Part shown: positions 35,350-49,342 of the stretch, piece by piece
Layout of the letters: each line of letters opens with the position of its first letter
How positions within the stretch are numbered: position 1 is the first letter of the stretch
Source of the DNA: Podarcis cretensis
Taxonomy: Eukaryota
Length of the DNA: 64,000 bases
Direction: 5' to 3'
NCBI GenBank assembly: GCA_951804945.1
Contig: OX638156.1
Coordinates: 35,030,001 to 35,094,000 of the forward strand
Notes under the pieces: generated by a model
The model's database searches: none
Told to the model about the DNA's origin: nothing
What the model saw: the letters and a program-made list of their open reading frames with translations, nothing else
Program-made: the position numbers and the translations under genes

Positions 35350-36872
35350 CAAACTGCAAGACTGACCTCCCACCAAAAGGCCAAGGTCATGGTTAATCAG
35401 GGTTTTTTCCCCCCGTCTTCCACAGAACGAACAATGGCAAGATTCTTTGGCCAATGCTGCTTTTGGCAAGCGGAGGCTGTCTGGGTTCCTGCTGGCTTCT
35501 CTTCCAAAGCACTTTTATTCCTTGAGTAAGAAGGGTGTTGCCTGACACAACTCATTAAGACTTCTTACTGGAGCTGGAGAACATCTCTGCTTGCACACAG
35601 ATCTATTTGCAGCACCTGCACATTCACACATTAGGAAGGGGCCTGCCACCCTCAGTGCCATCCCCTTGTTACTTATGTGCACGGTGCCTAGGTGTATGCT
35701 GGCAAGAAGGGGGAGGAACCATAAGCAAACATTTAAATGCAAGGAGTCTAAATATAAAGTGACTTAATTAATTCAGTCTGATTTGATTAAAGTTTAAGCT
35801 AAAAGAATTAAACCTTGCTGATAATGCCAGTGCCTCTGCACTCATTGGCCAAGGCATTGGAAGGGATTTGAGAGCAAGCTAGCTTCTTCCTGAACAACCA
35901 GAGAAGAACACAGATGGATTGCATTATGCACCTCCCTTTCAGAAGCAGGCACACCAAACCCTTTTGCCTCCTCTCTTTTTTTCCATGAGAGCATTAATGG
36001 GAGACGCCTGAGGCACCCCCCCAAAAAAAAACTTCATGGGGACTGGGGCCCCAGAGCCCTTCCCTTGCCCCCCAATTCAACTGGCTTCCAAGAACAGCAA
36101 CTATTTCACATGGGAGAGCCCCAACTCAACCACAGTTTTAACTCTGCAGTCAATTACATTGATTAATGCCTAATTCATTTCAGTCTTCTGTTATAAAGCA
36201 CTATTAACATGCAAGGCACATCTTGTTTGTCCTCTCACTTCCATTTTGCAGATGGAGAAAACCAGGGGCCCTTTTTTCTGCATGGAATCCCCCCACCACA
36301 CACACAGAGCCTTCCTTTTCTTGAGCTCACTGGGTCAGGTAACTGGAAAACAACAACAGATCATTTTTTCACCCTTATATACACCTCTACAGGCACCACC
36401 CATAGAAGCAGGGTGGGTAGGTTGCATGCAAACCTTAATCTTGACAGCATTTCCACTGTTAGAAGAAATACATCATCACCACCTTGCCACCCCTGGAAAA
36501 GCCTGACATCTATTGTTAGGATGGATGAATATGTGCACATTCTGTGCTATTTTATAAGAAAGAAAAGGCTTTGATGAGAGAAGAGTAGCAACAGTGGGGT
36601 ATTTTGGGTGAGGGGCAGTACAGGATGTCAATCCAGCCAAGAACAAAGGTGCAGAGGTTAGTGCCTGCTTAATGAGGCACTATGTTGGAAAGTCATGAAT
36701 GGGAGGCACAGGTAGGAACCAACTATGCAAAGCACCTGGAGGAAAGAAAAACACCCTAAGGGCTGAGCACTAGATGCTGGTCCAAGGCCACCCAGCAAAA
36801 TGGGTGTATCTCTGGCCCAGGTGCTGCTGCTCTCCAATCACTGGATAGAATTGCCCACAGCCCCAGTTCTAA

Positions 36873-36888
36873 CACTGCCCCCTGGAGG
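36873..36888 (-). promoter_or_regulatory. Candidate CTCF site
   Basis: minus strand CCTCCAGGGGGCAGTG, one mismatch to CCASYAGRKGGCRSYR. Confidence 0.4.
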
Positions 36889-39800
36889 TGCTGGTGCCAT
36901 GACTTGAAGAAGGTTAGGCAGCTGGGGAAGAGGAAGCATTCTGCTGGGTGATGCTGGCCCTCAAAACAGCAAGGCGGTGGCAGCAACAGCAACAATTTAA
37001 GTGGGCCTGGAAAGCATCCAACAAGGAAAACAAAATAGCTACCCTGTTCACCTCCCTCCCACCCCTTCCCCACCCCCAGCTGTTCAGAGCTGGACTGGAA
37101 GGAGCCAATGCACATCAGAGAAGGGTTAAAAATATTGCCAGCTGGGCCATCCGATCTGGCAAGGCAGAGGAATGAGCAAGGGTGGATTTATCAGCATCAC
37201 AGCATCCATAAAGGCACCAGGATTACAGAGGAGACGATTCCTCCTCCTGCTACCCAGCAGGGCCAATGCAGCTACACAGAGAAATTAGGATTTCAAGTTA
37301 CAGGCATAAAAATGTCAACCACAGGTGCTGGTTCAGATCCCTACTATGCCATGAAACTCACTGCCTAACCTATTTCAAAGTATCTTGCATGGCCATCATA
37401 AGGTTTAGGTATGTGCAGTGCTTCACACATCCTCAAGCATCCTTTCCCAACTTCAGCCACTTTGGACTACAGCTGTGCTGGGGGGTACCAGGTTGATAGG
37501 GCTACTTTAAAGGACTACGGTACCTTATGTTAATTGAAATGATGGTAACTGGGCCTGCTGCATTCTGCACAATTGCCCTGACAAAGTCAGCCTTGGTTCT
37601 CTATGGCCAAAATCGGTGTCCAAAGAATGTCAACTTTTATGAAACCCCCCTTTTTTAAAAAAACCCTGCCAACTGTGGGGATAAGTGCAGGGCAGCACCC
37701 AGGGCTAACCCAACCACAGAAGCAACCATCCAAAGCATTTTGGAAAGGTCCACCCCAACATCATCTTCAACACTGGAAAGGCACTGGTTTTGGGTGCAGG
37801 ATGTAGATAATTTCCCTAAAACATCAGCACAGATCGACCTTTAGATTTAGGGGGTGGGGGAGAGGAAGGAAGGGATGGAGAAAGCTGCAAAATAATTATT
37901 CTCCTAGGCACATCTAAGTTGCAAGGTGTTAGAAAGGTGGGGAGATGATAGGTTCAGAAGTGTTAATTCGGCAGTAAAATCCCTTCCATTCAAGTGTAAC
38001 TAAATCCTATATGAACGGTAAAGATCATTTACAAGAGGGAAAAGGATCACCACTCCTAGCTTTGTGGACAAGGAAGTCAGGGGTAATGACTGGTGAACTA
38101 GTGGGCATTTGCAACCCTCTTAAAGCACAGGAAAGCCTCACCTCACACCAGGGTTTTCACATTTGATCACAGAGGCAAAGGAAGGCTTTGTGTGCAGACT
38201 AGACTAGCTTCACTCATGGTCCGTTTCAGGCTGGAATGATGGGTTATTCTGTCCTACATCACCATTTGTGCCTTTTTGTTTCTTAACACACAGGAGCCCC
38301 TATCTGCCTCTTTTGCATAAAAACTGAAAAGCACAAACTATTCAGAATAAAACAACAACCACTCAGCCTGCAAAGGTGATGATGTTGGTGTGTGTGATGG
38401 ATCTAGCCTTTCTTCCTTCTCCCTCATGGCCGCCCCCACAAAACGGCTCTATTGTTAGCCGAACTCCCATTCTGCCAAGAGCACGCAGGTGCTTTTCAGC
38501 TTTTGGGTGGATGAAACCACCTGGAAAATCTGCATTCAATTTCATCCCCCTTCTGGCCACAGCGCCTTTGTTCCTGCAGTTATTATACAAAGCTGGCAAA
38601 GGATGGCAGCCAGACAGACAGCAAAAAGGAGAGAGGAGGACTTGGGGGCGGGGGAGAGGAGGAGGAGGAGAAGGAGGAGGCTATGGTTCTTTTAGGGTTG
38701 CCAATATGCAAAATCCCATTTCCAACAGGGCACTGGCTTCTTTTCTCCCCCAAAACAAAAAAGGCCATTGTAGGGAAAAGGAGCTCATGAACAGGAAACC
38801 CATGAATGTATTGTCATCATTGCCACTAATACATTTCTTGAATCCCACCACTAGCCAGACCACAGGGGCAGCTTGGACCCTTTCCGGTGGGGTTACAATC
38901 TGCACAAAACAGGTGACGCAGGGGGGTGGGGGGAGAGGATAAGAGACAAGTGCAGGGCTCAGTTTCAGTGCCAAGACTCTGCAACATACAAGGGTGAGAT
39001 ATTCATCCACTGAAATGGATGTTGGCTAGCAAACAGGCTGGAAGGGAGAGTACCTCTGAGCATCTGCAGAGTTTCTTTCAGTCATAGGTATTTATTTCTT
39101 GGGCCATGAACCAGGCTGATTAACAGGCCTTGTTAGATGGAGCAAGAGAGATGAATCTGAAGGTGAAAAGTGAAGGTGTGTGCTTGTTTTTGCTATAGTT
39201 TGAACATTTCATCATCTTGGAACTTTTCTGAAATGTTTTGCTGGTTCTTATTGTTCTCATGATCCCACTCATGCCACCCTGGCAAATATACATAAGTAAA
39301 GGGTGGGATTAAAAATATATTTTAAATCGGCCTTCCCCACCCTAGTGCCTTCCAGATGTTTGGGACTACAATTCCCATCAGTGCCAGCCAGCATAGGGAA
39401 TTCTGATAGGAACTATAATTCAAAACATATGGAGGGCACCAGGTGGGTGAAAGCTGCTTTTAGCAAATTAGCAAGCCTCTCTCTTAGTAACGATTGGAGT
39501 CTCTTTGGCATCCTGTATGGTGCCTGGCACATTCCTGAGGCTTATTAAGCACCAGACAACCATATTTCTGGGTGTGTAGCAGCAAGCGTGGAATTACATT
39601 GGCATACGTGTAAGTGCGGAGGGAGGCAACTGAAGATGAACATCAGCCTTGCATGAAGTCCTTTCTGGGTCTGGCTGGATGCTTTAATGTATTTCCTGGT
39701 AACCAGTCATAGTCCCATCCCCCTATGCTGCGCATGGTAATTTGCACTCTTAATCAAATAATTGGAGTGATTAGGCAATGGATGGTTTGACTGCAGATTA

Positions 39801-42800
39801 AAAACAGAGCTCCAATAGACTGGAACCAGCCATCTGGTCTCTCTTGTGTGTCTCTTTGCTGCCTCTCAATGACTCTTCAGAAGCTTCTGCTGGGGAACAC
39901 CAAGGCAGCTCTGCTTGCAGGCACCCATCCCAGTGTTAACCTACCCTCCTCCATAACTTTCTACCTACAGGGTTCAGGTTTTAAGGCCTGCACAAGTCCT
40001 GTCTCCTCCATAGCATCCCACCAACTGTGATCTTCATCACAGACCAAGCACACCTTTTTGACCACACCAACCAAGTTCAGACAGCAGAAGCAGTGTTAGA
40101 AACTGAAATACTGTATGAAGCTAGGAGCTAAATGGCACCTTAAACCTAGGTTATGGATGCAACAACGGAATGCCTAGGTGCACTTTTTTATAACAAGAAT
40201 ACAAAGCTGAAAATGAATGAACTGCAGCTAAAATATTATGTTCATTTTTTACATGGTTTAGTCTTTCCCCTGCCCACCCCCCCTAATATTCTTAAGAGGG
40301 TCTCTTCTCCAGTCTTTGGAGAGTGGCTGGAAGTGTGGAGGCAGAAAAAGGTCCCCCTTTCCTTCCACTCTGCAGTTTTAATTTGAAATTTTAGGTGCAG
40401 TACTATGCCCAGAGCTCAGAAACTGCTGGCACTAATGAAATTCCCTGTGACAAAATGTGCCTAGAACAATGGGAGTTTCAAACACTGAGCAGAAGCGCTG
40501 ACCAGGGACATCCTCAGTAGCTGTCCCTCTCACACAAAACTCACCAAGAGTCCAAGCCTGAGCACTTTCCATGAATCATATCAACACCATTTGGCCTGGG
40601 GTGGATTTGGTGGGCTGAGATTAAGCCAGCAGCAACCCACCTCTGCCCCAATCTCATTAGCCGGCATTAAGCAAAGCATGATTCTCCCCTTCCTCTCTGC
40701 TCCACATCTGCAATATGGGGCAGTAACAATGGCATATATTCCTGTGACATAATTTTTTCCTTACCACTTTTAATACTGAATTCCAAATTGTTGCAATTGT
40801 TGGTGAAGGGCAGATAATTCTAATATACTAGCACTAATTATACCACTGGACTGGTTTAAAGATTACAGAGATAATGTGCTTTGAAAATACAAAAAGTGTT
40901 GTATAAATGCTATTACTAATTCAGTATTGGCAGTTTTCATTTGAGAAGCAATTTTGCTCTGGAGTTATTAGCTGCAAGTCTTTGCAGCAGATGTGACTTG
41001 ACTAAGCTGCCAAACAAAAACAAAACTGAATTTGATGCTCTCCAGATCTGGTGAGTCCCAGGGACATTCATGACTCTTTCCCCTAGCAAAGATCCCCCTT
41101 CATGCCATCACTTCACCTGAGGCATCACAAACCTGAAAGCATACAAAAGGCTGTGCCAGCAGCAGCCTTCTTGCTCTGTGTCCTGGCTGTCCTTGTGGTG
41201 AGTGAGCCGCCCAGGGATGCAGGCCATGTAGAAAGGACAAGTGCTGCCCTCTCAGGGCCCTAATCGAGTATATTGGTTCGGGCTATAAATACTTCCAGGT
41301 GAGGCCTGACCTATTGCACCTGAGCAAGAACCAAGCTCTGAACTTCTGAGTTTGTCTTCCTGCCACTGCTGCCCTTCTGCCTGCACACACATTCCAGTCC
41401 TTCCCCTTTGGACTATGGAGAGCAATTGGCTTTGCCTTTGGCTCTCCAGTGAATCTGCCCCAGTGTTTTCTCCAAGTCTGGCCCCAAACCTATGAGGACT
41501 TGCAATAGGTGCTACAGATGCTCAGCTGCCCACAGTCAAGTGCTAACAGTTTGGGATAGGAGAGGTCAATGAGCAATTGAGAGGATCAGCACAGTGTAGT
41601 GGTCAGAGTGCTGGAGACTAGAGTTCAAATCCCTGCGGCGTCATAAAGGTCACAGGGTGACCTTGAGCAAGTGACCAGCTCTCAGCCTGTCCTACCTCAC
41701 AGAAGCAGCTTGGAGGATAAACTAAGGAGGGGTCAGCTCACCCATGAGGCAAGATGAGGCAACCGCCTCAGGTGGTAGGATTAGCAGCGCAGCAAACCCA
41801 GCCTCCAAGGAATGAACCCCTGCAGCTGCTGTCATGGTGGCATCAACAGCTGAAGCGTACACCTTAGAGACAAAATCTGCCCCCCCCCCGGCTGCCTCTA
41901 TAGCATCCTCTTGGTGAATGGGTGCTGCTGCTGGTCTCCTCTACTCTTGTTCACTCACCCCTTCTTCCCTGGTGGTGGTGGGTGCCATTTTGTGGTTCAC
42001 CTCAGGTGCCAAAATGTATTGGGCCAGTCCTGGGGCCAGCCTTCAAAGGATATAAAGAATTCTCTCCAAGACAGGAATAACAGAGCGCTCAGTGACTGGG
42101 AACAGCACTTGGAAGGCTGCACGTTGCTCACACCACCCACTAAGCACCCGCCTCATATCTAAACGCTAAGAAATGAACGGCTATTTTGATAGTTTGGGGG
42201 GTGGGACTGCAAATTGTGCCAAGGATAGCCTTTTCCTTCCCTTCTTAACACTTCCCTCTGCCAGTCTGCAGCCTCTCTTTTGCAGCCTCGACAGTAGCAG
42301 TGAGGGCAACAGCTCAGAGCAAAAAAAGCGACAGGAAGAAAAATCAGATTGGGAGGGCCCTCTTGTCTTACACAGGCTGATTCTGATGGGAGCTGCAGCA
42401 CCAAACATCTGGAAGGCACCAGGTTTGCAAATGCTGCAATAGGGAACTCAAGGTAAAAAGCAAGCTTTGGGTTTTTATTTGAGGGTGGTGAAAGTAAACT
42501 CTGTAGAAGGTAAACCAATTATGCACTCATAGGATGTTTGAGAAAGGGGATACTCTGCTCTCGAAGCTATGGAAATGAGCCTCAGGAGAAAGCTCTGCCC
42601 AGTCACAGACCCTCTTGGGGGTATAAATATAGCCGACAGAGACAAATCCTTTCCTCCCATTGTTCTAACTTCCTGTGAGCTCAGCACAACACAGATCCCC
42701 CTTATCAGCCAGCCTGCTGCCAATCCCGGTTTCTGCAACATGAGAACAGCAGAAGAAAGTCACAGAATTGCTGCAAGCTCTGGGAAGAGAAGCTTCTGAG

Positions 42801-43060
42801 TTGGCGCCTTTCCAGTCTCTGTCCCAAAGGAAAACACTTACAAGCCCAGGGTGTGATTTCATGCTGATGAGGGAAACCATTCAAAGTTCCTTCCCCTGCA
42901 GCAAGTTCAGGAGGCACCTGAACTCTCCTTTTTTGTGAGGAAGGACAACTATCATACTGACCCTGCCCTCATATCACCAACTCTGTGTGAACTGCTTTAT
43001 GCGTTAAATTGTTTTATGTGTTGTTATTTTGTCAAATCAATTTGAAACTTTTTATTGTAT

Positions 43061-43249
43061 AAAGGTAAAAGGTAAAGGACTCCTGGACAGTTAAGTCCAG
43101 TCAAATGTGACTGTGGGGTGAAGCACTCATCTCGCTTTCAAGCTGAGGGAGCCAGCATTTGTCCACAGACAGCTTTCCGTGGCCAGCATCACTAAGCCGC
43201 TTCTGGGGAAACGGAACACTGTGATGGAAACCAGAGCGCATGGAAACGC
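43061..43249 (-). mobile_element. 5'-truncated Sauria SINE
   Basis: aaaggtaaaaggtaaagg tail; body similar to the 45152-45505 copy. Confidence 0.85.
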
Positions 43250-45151
43250 AAGAGACCACCACCAACATCATCAGGAACAAGCAAGTTACACAGTCCTTCT
43301 GTATTCCTGGTAATTACCGGCACTCCTTCATCTTTGGTTAAAAAGTATGTCACTTACTGTAACAACTTCATGGTGAGTACTGGCAAGTACCAACACCAAT
43401 TTTTCTAGAAAAAAACACACTGCTAGTGCTGAACAGAATTTCAGGCACTTTCTAGACCTTACGATTTCATAGACTCTTTTGTAAAGTGGCCTGGTGAAAC
43501 CTAAGAAGGATTTCCAGAGATCAGGTAGGAGTGTGATGTGGAAGGGCAGGGGAGCCTTAGGTGACCTGCAGTGTTCTCAATAGTTTATAGTCTTCATCCT
43601 ACAGCTCCCATCAGCCCCACAACCAGACAGGCTACCCATAGTTAGTCAACATAATCTCCCTCCTCTCTATCCTTTGAAAACTTGAAATCTTGGAAGCACA
43701 ATAAATTTCACATAATGTTCAAATGATGCATACACATAATGTTTTAATCCTGTATTTTAAAAATATGATCAATTTTTTAGATTTTTCTTCATTTTGTTTC
43801 ATGCTAGTTTTAATGTAGGTGTTTATTGTGAGCTGCTTTTGTAAAATAAATAAAAATTAATAAGTTTAATAAATAATAATTTATTCTGATTGAAGGGTTA
43901 GGATTTCCTTGGTGCAGATGATATACGTTACCAGTTAGTAGAACTGGAAAAATTGGGGAGTCCACTCCCCAGGCTCTGTATGCCATCAGACACAGCCATG
44001 CAGTTCAGTATTGTGGACCCCAACCCTGTTAAACTTGCTCCTGACTGAGATTAGACAGGCCCCCTCCCTGCCGAACTTGAGATGATTGACAAACACTTTC
44101 CTGTTTCAGCAAGCATTTTAAGGTAGGCATTCTAGGATGAATTATAATTGCTCTTATTCTTTGTATTGCTTAAAAAAATCATTTTATGTACATCACTTAG
44201 AAATTCTAAATATTAACCAGTATAATAAATAAATAGCTATTTTAATTGTCTCTCCCCGCAATTGCAATTTTACTTGTTATAATGCACCCTGCCTGATTTA
44301 TGCATCACGGCTGGGCAGAAATTATTAAATAGATAAACATATCAAGGGTGAAATTACAGAGGGTCCTCAAAGCCTTCTACTCTCTACACAGAAAACCTGA
44401 GTCACAGTGTTTGCCCCTTCCCAACTTTTCCATGTCAGCCAGGACAGCTAGAGGACAGCTCCTTCTCAATGTAAAGTTTGCTCAATCTCAGTTTCCAATC
44501 AAAGGCACTCAGGCTAGGAGGAGTCCAGAGCCTTATGCTTAACTGAGTCAGCACCAGATGCCCAACTGAGATCAATTCACGGTGTGATTCACCGAGATTG
44601 TTAAAACGTCCCCTGTCTTTCCTGGCAAGTGGAAAAGTTGTGTGTTCAAGTCAGTTGCCACAAACAGCGAGACCAACAAGGCAAACTGGCTCAGAGTTCT
44701 TGCACAACAATACATCCTCAAGAGTAGAGTTTCTCAGACCTCTGAAGCACAATTCACTTTTGCAGCCAGCAAGACTTTTGTTTAAAGTAGAAAAGACACA
44801 CCCTCTGAGGATGTTCTTCCATGATTTGTGATTCATTGATCTGGGTCCAGGCTCTGCAATGGGACAACAGCCAGTCTGTTTCCTCAGAGGAAACTGTGGC
44901 ATCTCTGCATTGAGAATGGTTCAACAATTCGAATTGCGTCCAGTGCTGGGATGTGGCAGAAACTCCTGCCCCCACTGGATGAAGAAGGTAAGGTCAGAGC
45001 ACCAAGTCATACAAGGAAGCCTCTAGCAACCTCCCCATGGAGTGAGCAGAAGAATACAGAATTATTTGATGATTTAACTGATTCACTTCTCATTCTGTGG
45101 TGTAGGAGTTACTAGTACAAAAGTAATAAAAGTGCAGTTCATTATGTCTTA

Positions 45152-45505
45152 AAGGTAAAGGTAAAGGGACCCCTGACCAATTAGGACCAGTCGTGGACAA
45201 CTCTGGGGTTGCAGTGCTCATCTCGCTTTACTGGCTGAGGGAGCCGGCGTACAACTTCCAGGTCATGTGGCCGGAATGACTAAGCCGCTTCTGGCGAACC
45301 AGAGCAGTGCACAGAAACACCATTTACCTTCCCGCTGGAGCGGTACCTATTTATCTACTTGCACTTCATGCTTTCGAACTGCTAGGTTGGCAGGAGCAGG
45401 GACTGAGCAACGGGAGCTCACCCCGTCGCGGGGATTTGAACTGCCAACCTTCTGATTGGCAAGCCCTAGGCTCTGTGGTTTAACCCACAGCGCCACCCGC
45501 ATCCC
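45152..45505 (-). mobile_element. Full-length Sauria SINE (Squam1), different subfamily
   Basis: (ACCTTT)n tail, tRNA-like head, 13-bp TSD tcattatgtctta at 45139-45151 and 45506-45518. Confidence 0.93.
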
Positions 45506-46142
45506 TCATTATGTCTTACATGCTTCTAAATATCAAGAGCCTTTTCACAGAATACCTGTGGCAGCTGAGAGCTGTTAAAATATTCAAACCAAATTCAAGT
45601 TAAATATTTAGAATAAGTAATCCAAATAAGTGGAGGGTCATTGACCGCTGTGGGTTGTGAGGGACAGATGTTTTTTAAGCACAATATATTAAGTTTTTGG
45701 TGTGTTGCAATACATGCACACACTAAGATTTAATGAATGAATGAAGAGCCTCCTAAATTGGGCTACACAAGTTGCTCATGCGAATGAAAGAGTCACCCAT
45801 GGAGAATGACACGGATGGAAATTCACCCTGTGCTCTTTGTTTTCTGCCCAACCTGGCAGTGTTTATACAAACAAGTGATAAAGGTCTTTTAAAAATAATA
45901 TTATACTATTTCTAGAACTCTTTTATCTCCCTCGTTTGTATAAAAACTGCTAAGGTAAGCTGAAAGATCATATATGGCAAAAAGAAAGAAAGAAAGAAAG
46001 AAAAAGAATGAGCACAGGGTGAATTTTCACCCATAGAGCAGTGCAGGCCCTACACTCTAAGGTCCCAGGGTGGGTTACAGCATTAAAAACAACTCATCAG
46101 TAGATTCAACATTAGCCACCTGCAGCATAGCCAGGTCCTTAC

Positions 46143-47614
46143 CTTGAAATCTGCCAGCTGCTGGCTGATGACCTCCACTTCTGTCCCAACGACCCACTGC
46201 AAAGCTTCGCTGTCTTCTGCTGTGGCTGTCATGTAGTTCAGCTCCTTTAGTTTGTCATAGAAGTCCTTGACGCGAGCCAGCGTTGTGTCCACCTGCTCCA
46301 GGCGACTTTTGCCTCTTTCGTTCAGTTTGCCACATTGCTTATTTAAAGTCTCCAGCTCACGTTTCAACCCTATGAGGTCAGGGCTTCCTTCATCATCCAA
46401 CATCTGCCTGCATTTCTCTTCAGAAGCTTGGATATCCAGCCTCAGCCTCTGAAGTTTGCCCAGGAATTCATGGACATCCTCTGCTTGAGACTGCAGGCTG
46501 TCCATGTCTCTCCCAACAGAGCCCATGCTGTCCAACTCGTCATCTAGGTCAGCCAGCTGAGAGAACATCTCCCGAACATGATTATTAAACTGGCCAATCC
46601 CTTCAAGCTTGCTCTCCATAAGTTGACAACATTCGTTAACTTTTTGCTTGACTGCTTTGAAGTCTTGCTGGGCAACCTCAGCTTGACTTAAGAGATGGGA
46701 GGAGTCAGACCCATCTGGAGCATCTTCCACCAGGCCCTGAGTGAAATTCCTCAGGTAATCCACCTGGGGTTCCAATGCCTGGATAACCTCCTGTTGGGCT
46801 CTCAGCTTCTCCAAGTTCTTAGTGCTGCAGGCCTGTGGGCCAAGAGCCTCATAGATTTCCAGCTGATGCTTTGTCCCATCTAGTTTCTTCTCAATGTTCC
46901 TAAAGCTTTCTTGGAACTCCTTCAGCCTTTGCGACATTTCTTCCAGGGAACCGGTCTTTGCTTGGAGTTCTTCTGTAATAGCGTCCATCTTCTGGTTGAT
47001 CCCAGCTTTCTCATCCCTAACATCATCCTCATCCATTTCTGATGCATTGATGAGGATATCAGCGGCGCTGTTCAGCATCTCCAGAAGGGAGCGGCGCTTC
47101 TCCACATCGCTCAGCATAGCCTTTGACCTCAGGAGTGTGGCTTCCAGTTGCACTGGATCCAGAGTGACTTCCAGCTCTAGCATCTTTGACCTGCAGTCCT
47201 CCACCCACGGGAAAAGGTCTTCCACATGACGCTGGTATTTCTGAGCCTTCTGTAAGCAGTCCTTGAGTTTAGCATGTCGGTCTGTGATCTGTTTGCTAAG
47301 CTCCTCCCAGTTTGCTTTCAGGTTGACCAGCTGGCTTTGCAAACTGGCTCTCTCCTCGCCGGGATGAATGGAGTGAAGCAAAGACTCGCCCTCTACCACA
47401 ATCAATTCATAGGAGCCCCTGTGCTGGTTGAGGCTCTTTTGGAATTCTTCCTGCTCCTGGATCTGAGACTGCAGCCTCTCCAGCTTAGCTGAGATGGGCC
47501 CGCTCTGTGCCTGCTGCCTCAGCTTGTCATCCAGCCAAGTATGGAGCTCATCAAACATCTGTTGGAATTGCTGGGAGCTGGCAAGCACTGTCTGCAATCG
47601 ATTCATCCGGTCAC
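46143..47614 (-). CDS. MACF1: MACF1 large exon (GDRMNRLQ...SQQLADFK), 1472 nt, phase 1-0, several spectrin repeats
   Basis: ttttcag|GT acceptor, AAG|gtaag donor; lies within the 524-aa ORF. Confidence 0.97.
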
Positions 47615-48282
47615 CTGAAAATTGGAGGAGGCAGGAATACATTGTTAAGATATGCATTTCATAAAGCTAGGAACCTCTCCTAATGTGCCTGATGCACAAA
47701 TCTACATTCCAGTCTTCGCAAATAAGCACCTTTCAGTGAAAAAGCAAATTGGTATACCATTAAAGGTAAGGCAATCTTATAAACCTAGGAAGCCACAAAT
47801 CATAGAACATAGAGTCTATTCAGGGGGATTTAATTGATTCTGTAGGATCCCCAGAACATCTGTTTCCTTAAAAAACGGTTTCTAGACCTTACATTTACAT
47901 AGAGGCAGTGGTCAAAATGGGCTGGGGTGGCATTCCAATTCTTTTCAGACAGACAAAATGGAGCCCAGCTAACCATCCCACTTCTTCTACAGATGCATTA
48001 GGGAAAAATACACCTGAGAGGTGGCATTGGCTGGGGCTTCCTATTGGGCCTGTGTTGGTGACACACTGAGTTTGCTTCATAATGTGTGGAGTGGCCCTGA
48101 GGTTAAGCCTTTCACCACATCTGGTGAGCCAAGGATCTATTGGGTCTTTATTGCCCACACAACTTTCCTGGCTGTTGGGAGTCCTCCTTCTTTGACTAAA
48201 TGCTGTTTGTGTTTCTAAATTCTGCAAATGGTGTTATATAGCACCTGATGACCCCATGTTTTCAAATGATTCATTTCCATAC

Positions 48283-48778
48283 CTGCCAAATCCTCCAGCC
48301 CTTTGAGAGGGAGGGCCACAGTCTCCAAGCGCTTCTTCAGCTCATCCTTCAGGTACTGCTCCCCAATGAGGACTGAGAGCTCATCACATAGGGCCTGAGC
48401 CTCCGTCATCTCCTCTTCCAGCTGTGCCAGGTTGGACCGGATTTCACTCGTTTCTTCCAGCTGTTGCTTCACAGCCTCCGGCTGGGTGCTGATGGTGGAC
48501 TGGGTGCTCAGGCACTGCCCAGCAGCCTTCACCTTCTCAGACAGCCCCTGGAGCAGCTCTTGGTACTGGGTGCTCTTGACAATGGCCTGGTCGATTTGGC
48601 TGGAGCGTGAGTTGAGCCTCTCTGTGAGTTCAGTCCACTTCTGGTTGACAGCCTGGAGCTCCTCCTGCATGTTGCTGATAGATGGAGACCCTTCGCTGGG
48701 GCTGGTGAGTATCCCTTGGGCAGCCTCATTCAGCTGATCATACTGGGGCTTGCGGGACTCAAATTCCTTCAGCATGAA
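48283..48778 (-). CDS. MACF1: MACF1 exon (FMLKEFESRK...LKGLEDLA), 496 nt, phase 0-1
   Basis: cattttag|TTC acceptor, GCAG|gtatg donor. Confidence 0.96.
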
Positions 48779-49314
48779 CTAAAATGGGGGAGGGGGGTAG
48801 AGAAGCAGTGCATATGTTTTTAATGAGAGACCAAGATGGTTAAAAAAAGATTAAAGAGGCCAAGGAGAATGCAACCATAGCACTGTCAGTCTTGGTTGAA
48901 TAATAAAACACTTTTTTAAAAGGACCAAGGGAATGGCTGCCTTCTTAAACCTGATGAAAATAATGACTTGGTGTTACTACTGGGCCATTTTCAAGGTGTT
49001 ACTATTATATACTGGCATTAACAGCCAGGGACCGGTTTACTTATAGGATCACCCTATATGTGCCCACTCAGCTGCTTCGAACTGTGGAACTGATACTGTT
49101 ACAAGTGCCACATAATGCTCATTCTGCAATAAATCAATTTTTAGAGTGGCAGCACTTACACTTTGAAATTCCCTGCCCATTGACATCAGGCTGTACAATT
49201 TCTGGTGTCTCTTTACTTGCTTTTAACTGCTTTTATTGATAACTTTAATGTTTCTTTTAATTTTTGTAAAACCACTTAGAAGGTGCTTTGTTTTTTACAA
49301 TCAAGCAGCACATA

Positions 49315-49342
49315 TGTGATGATGTGATGTGATGTGATGTGA
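49315..49342. repeat. (GATGT)n pentanucleotide repeat
   Basis: direct reading. Confidence 0.85.

Noticed and set aside
41270-41305. ATTGG + TATAAATA + CAG|GTGAG on the plus strand (antisense promoter?)
   Set aside because: Donor is too close to the TATA box to leave an exon; no other support
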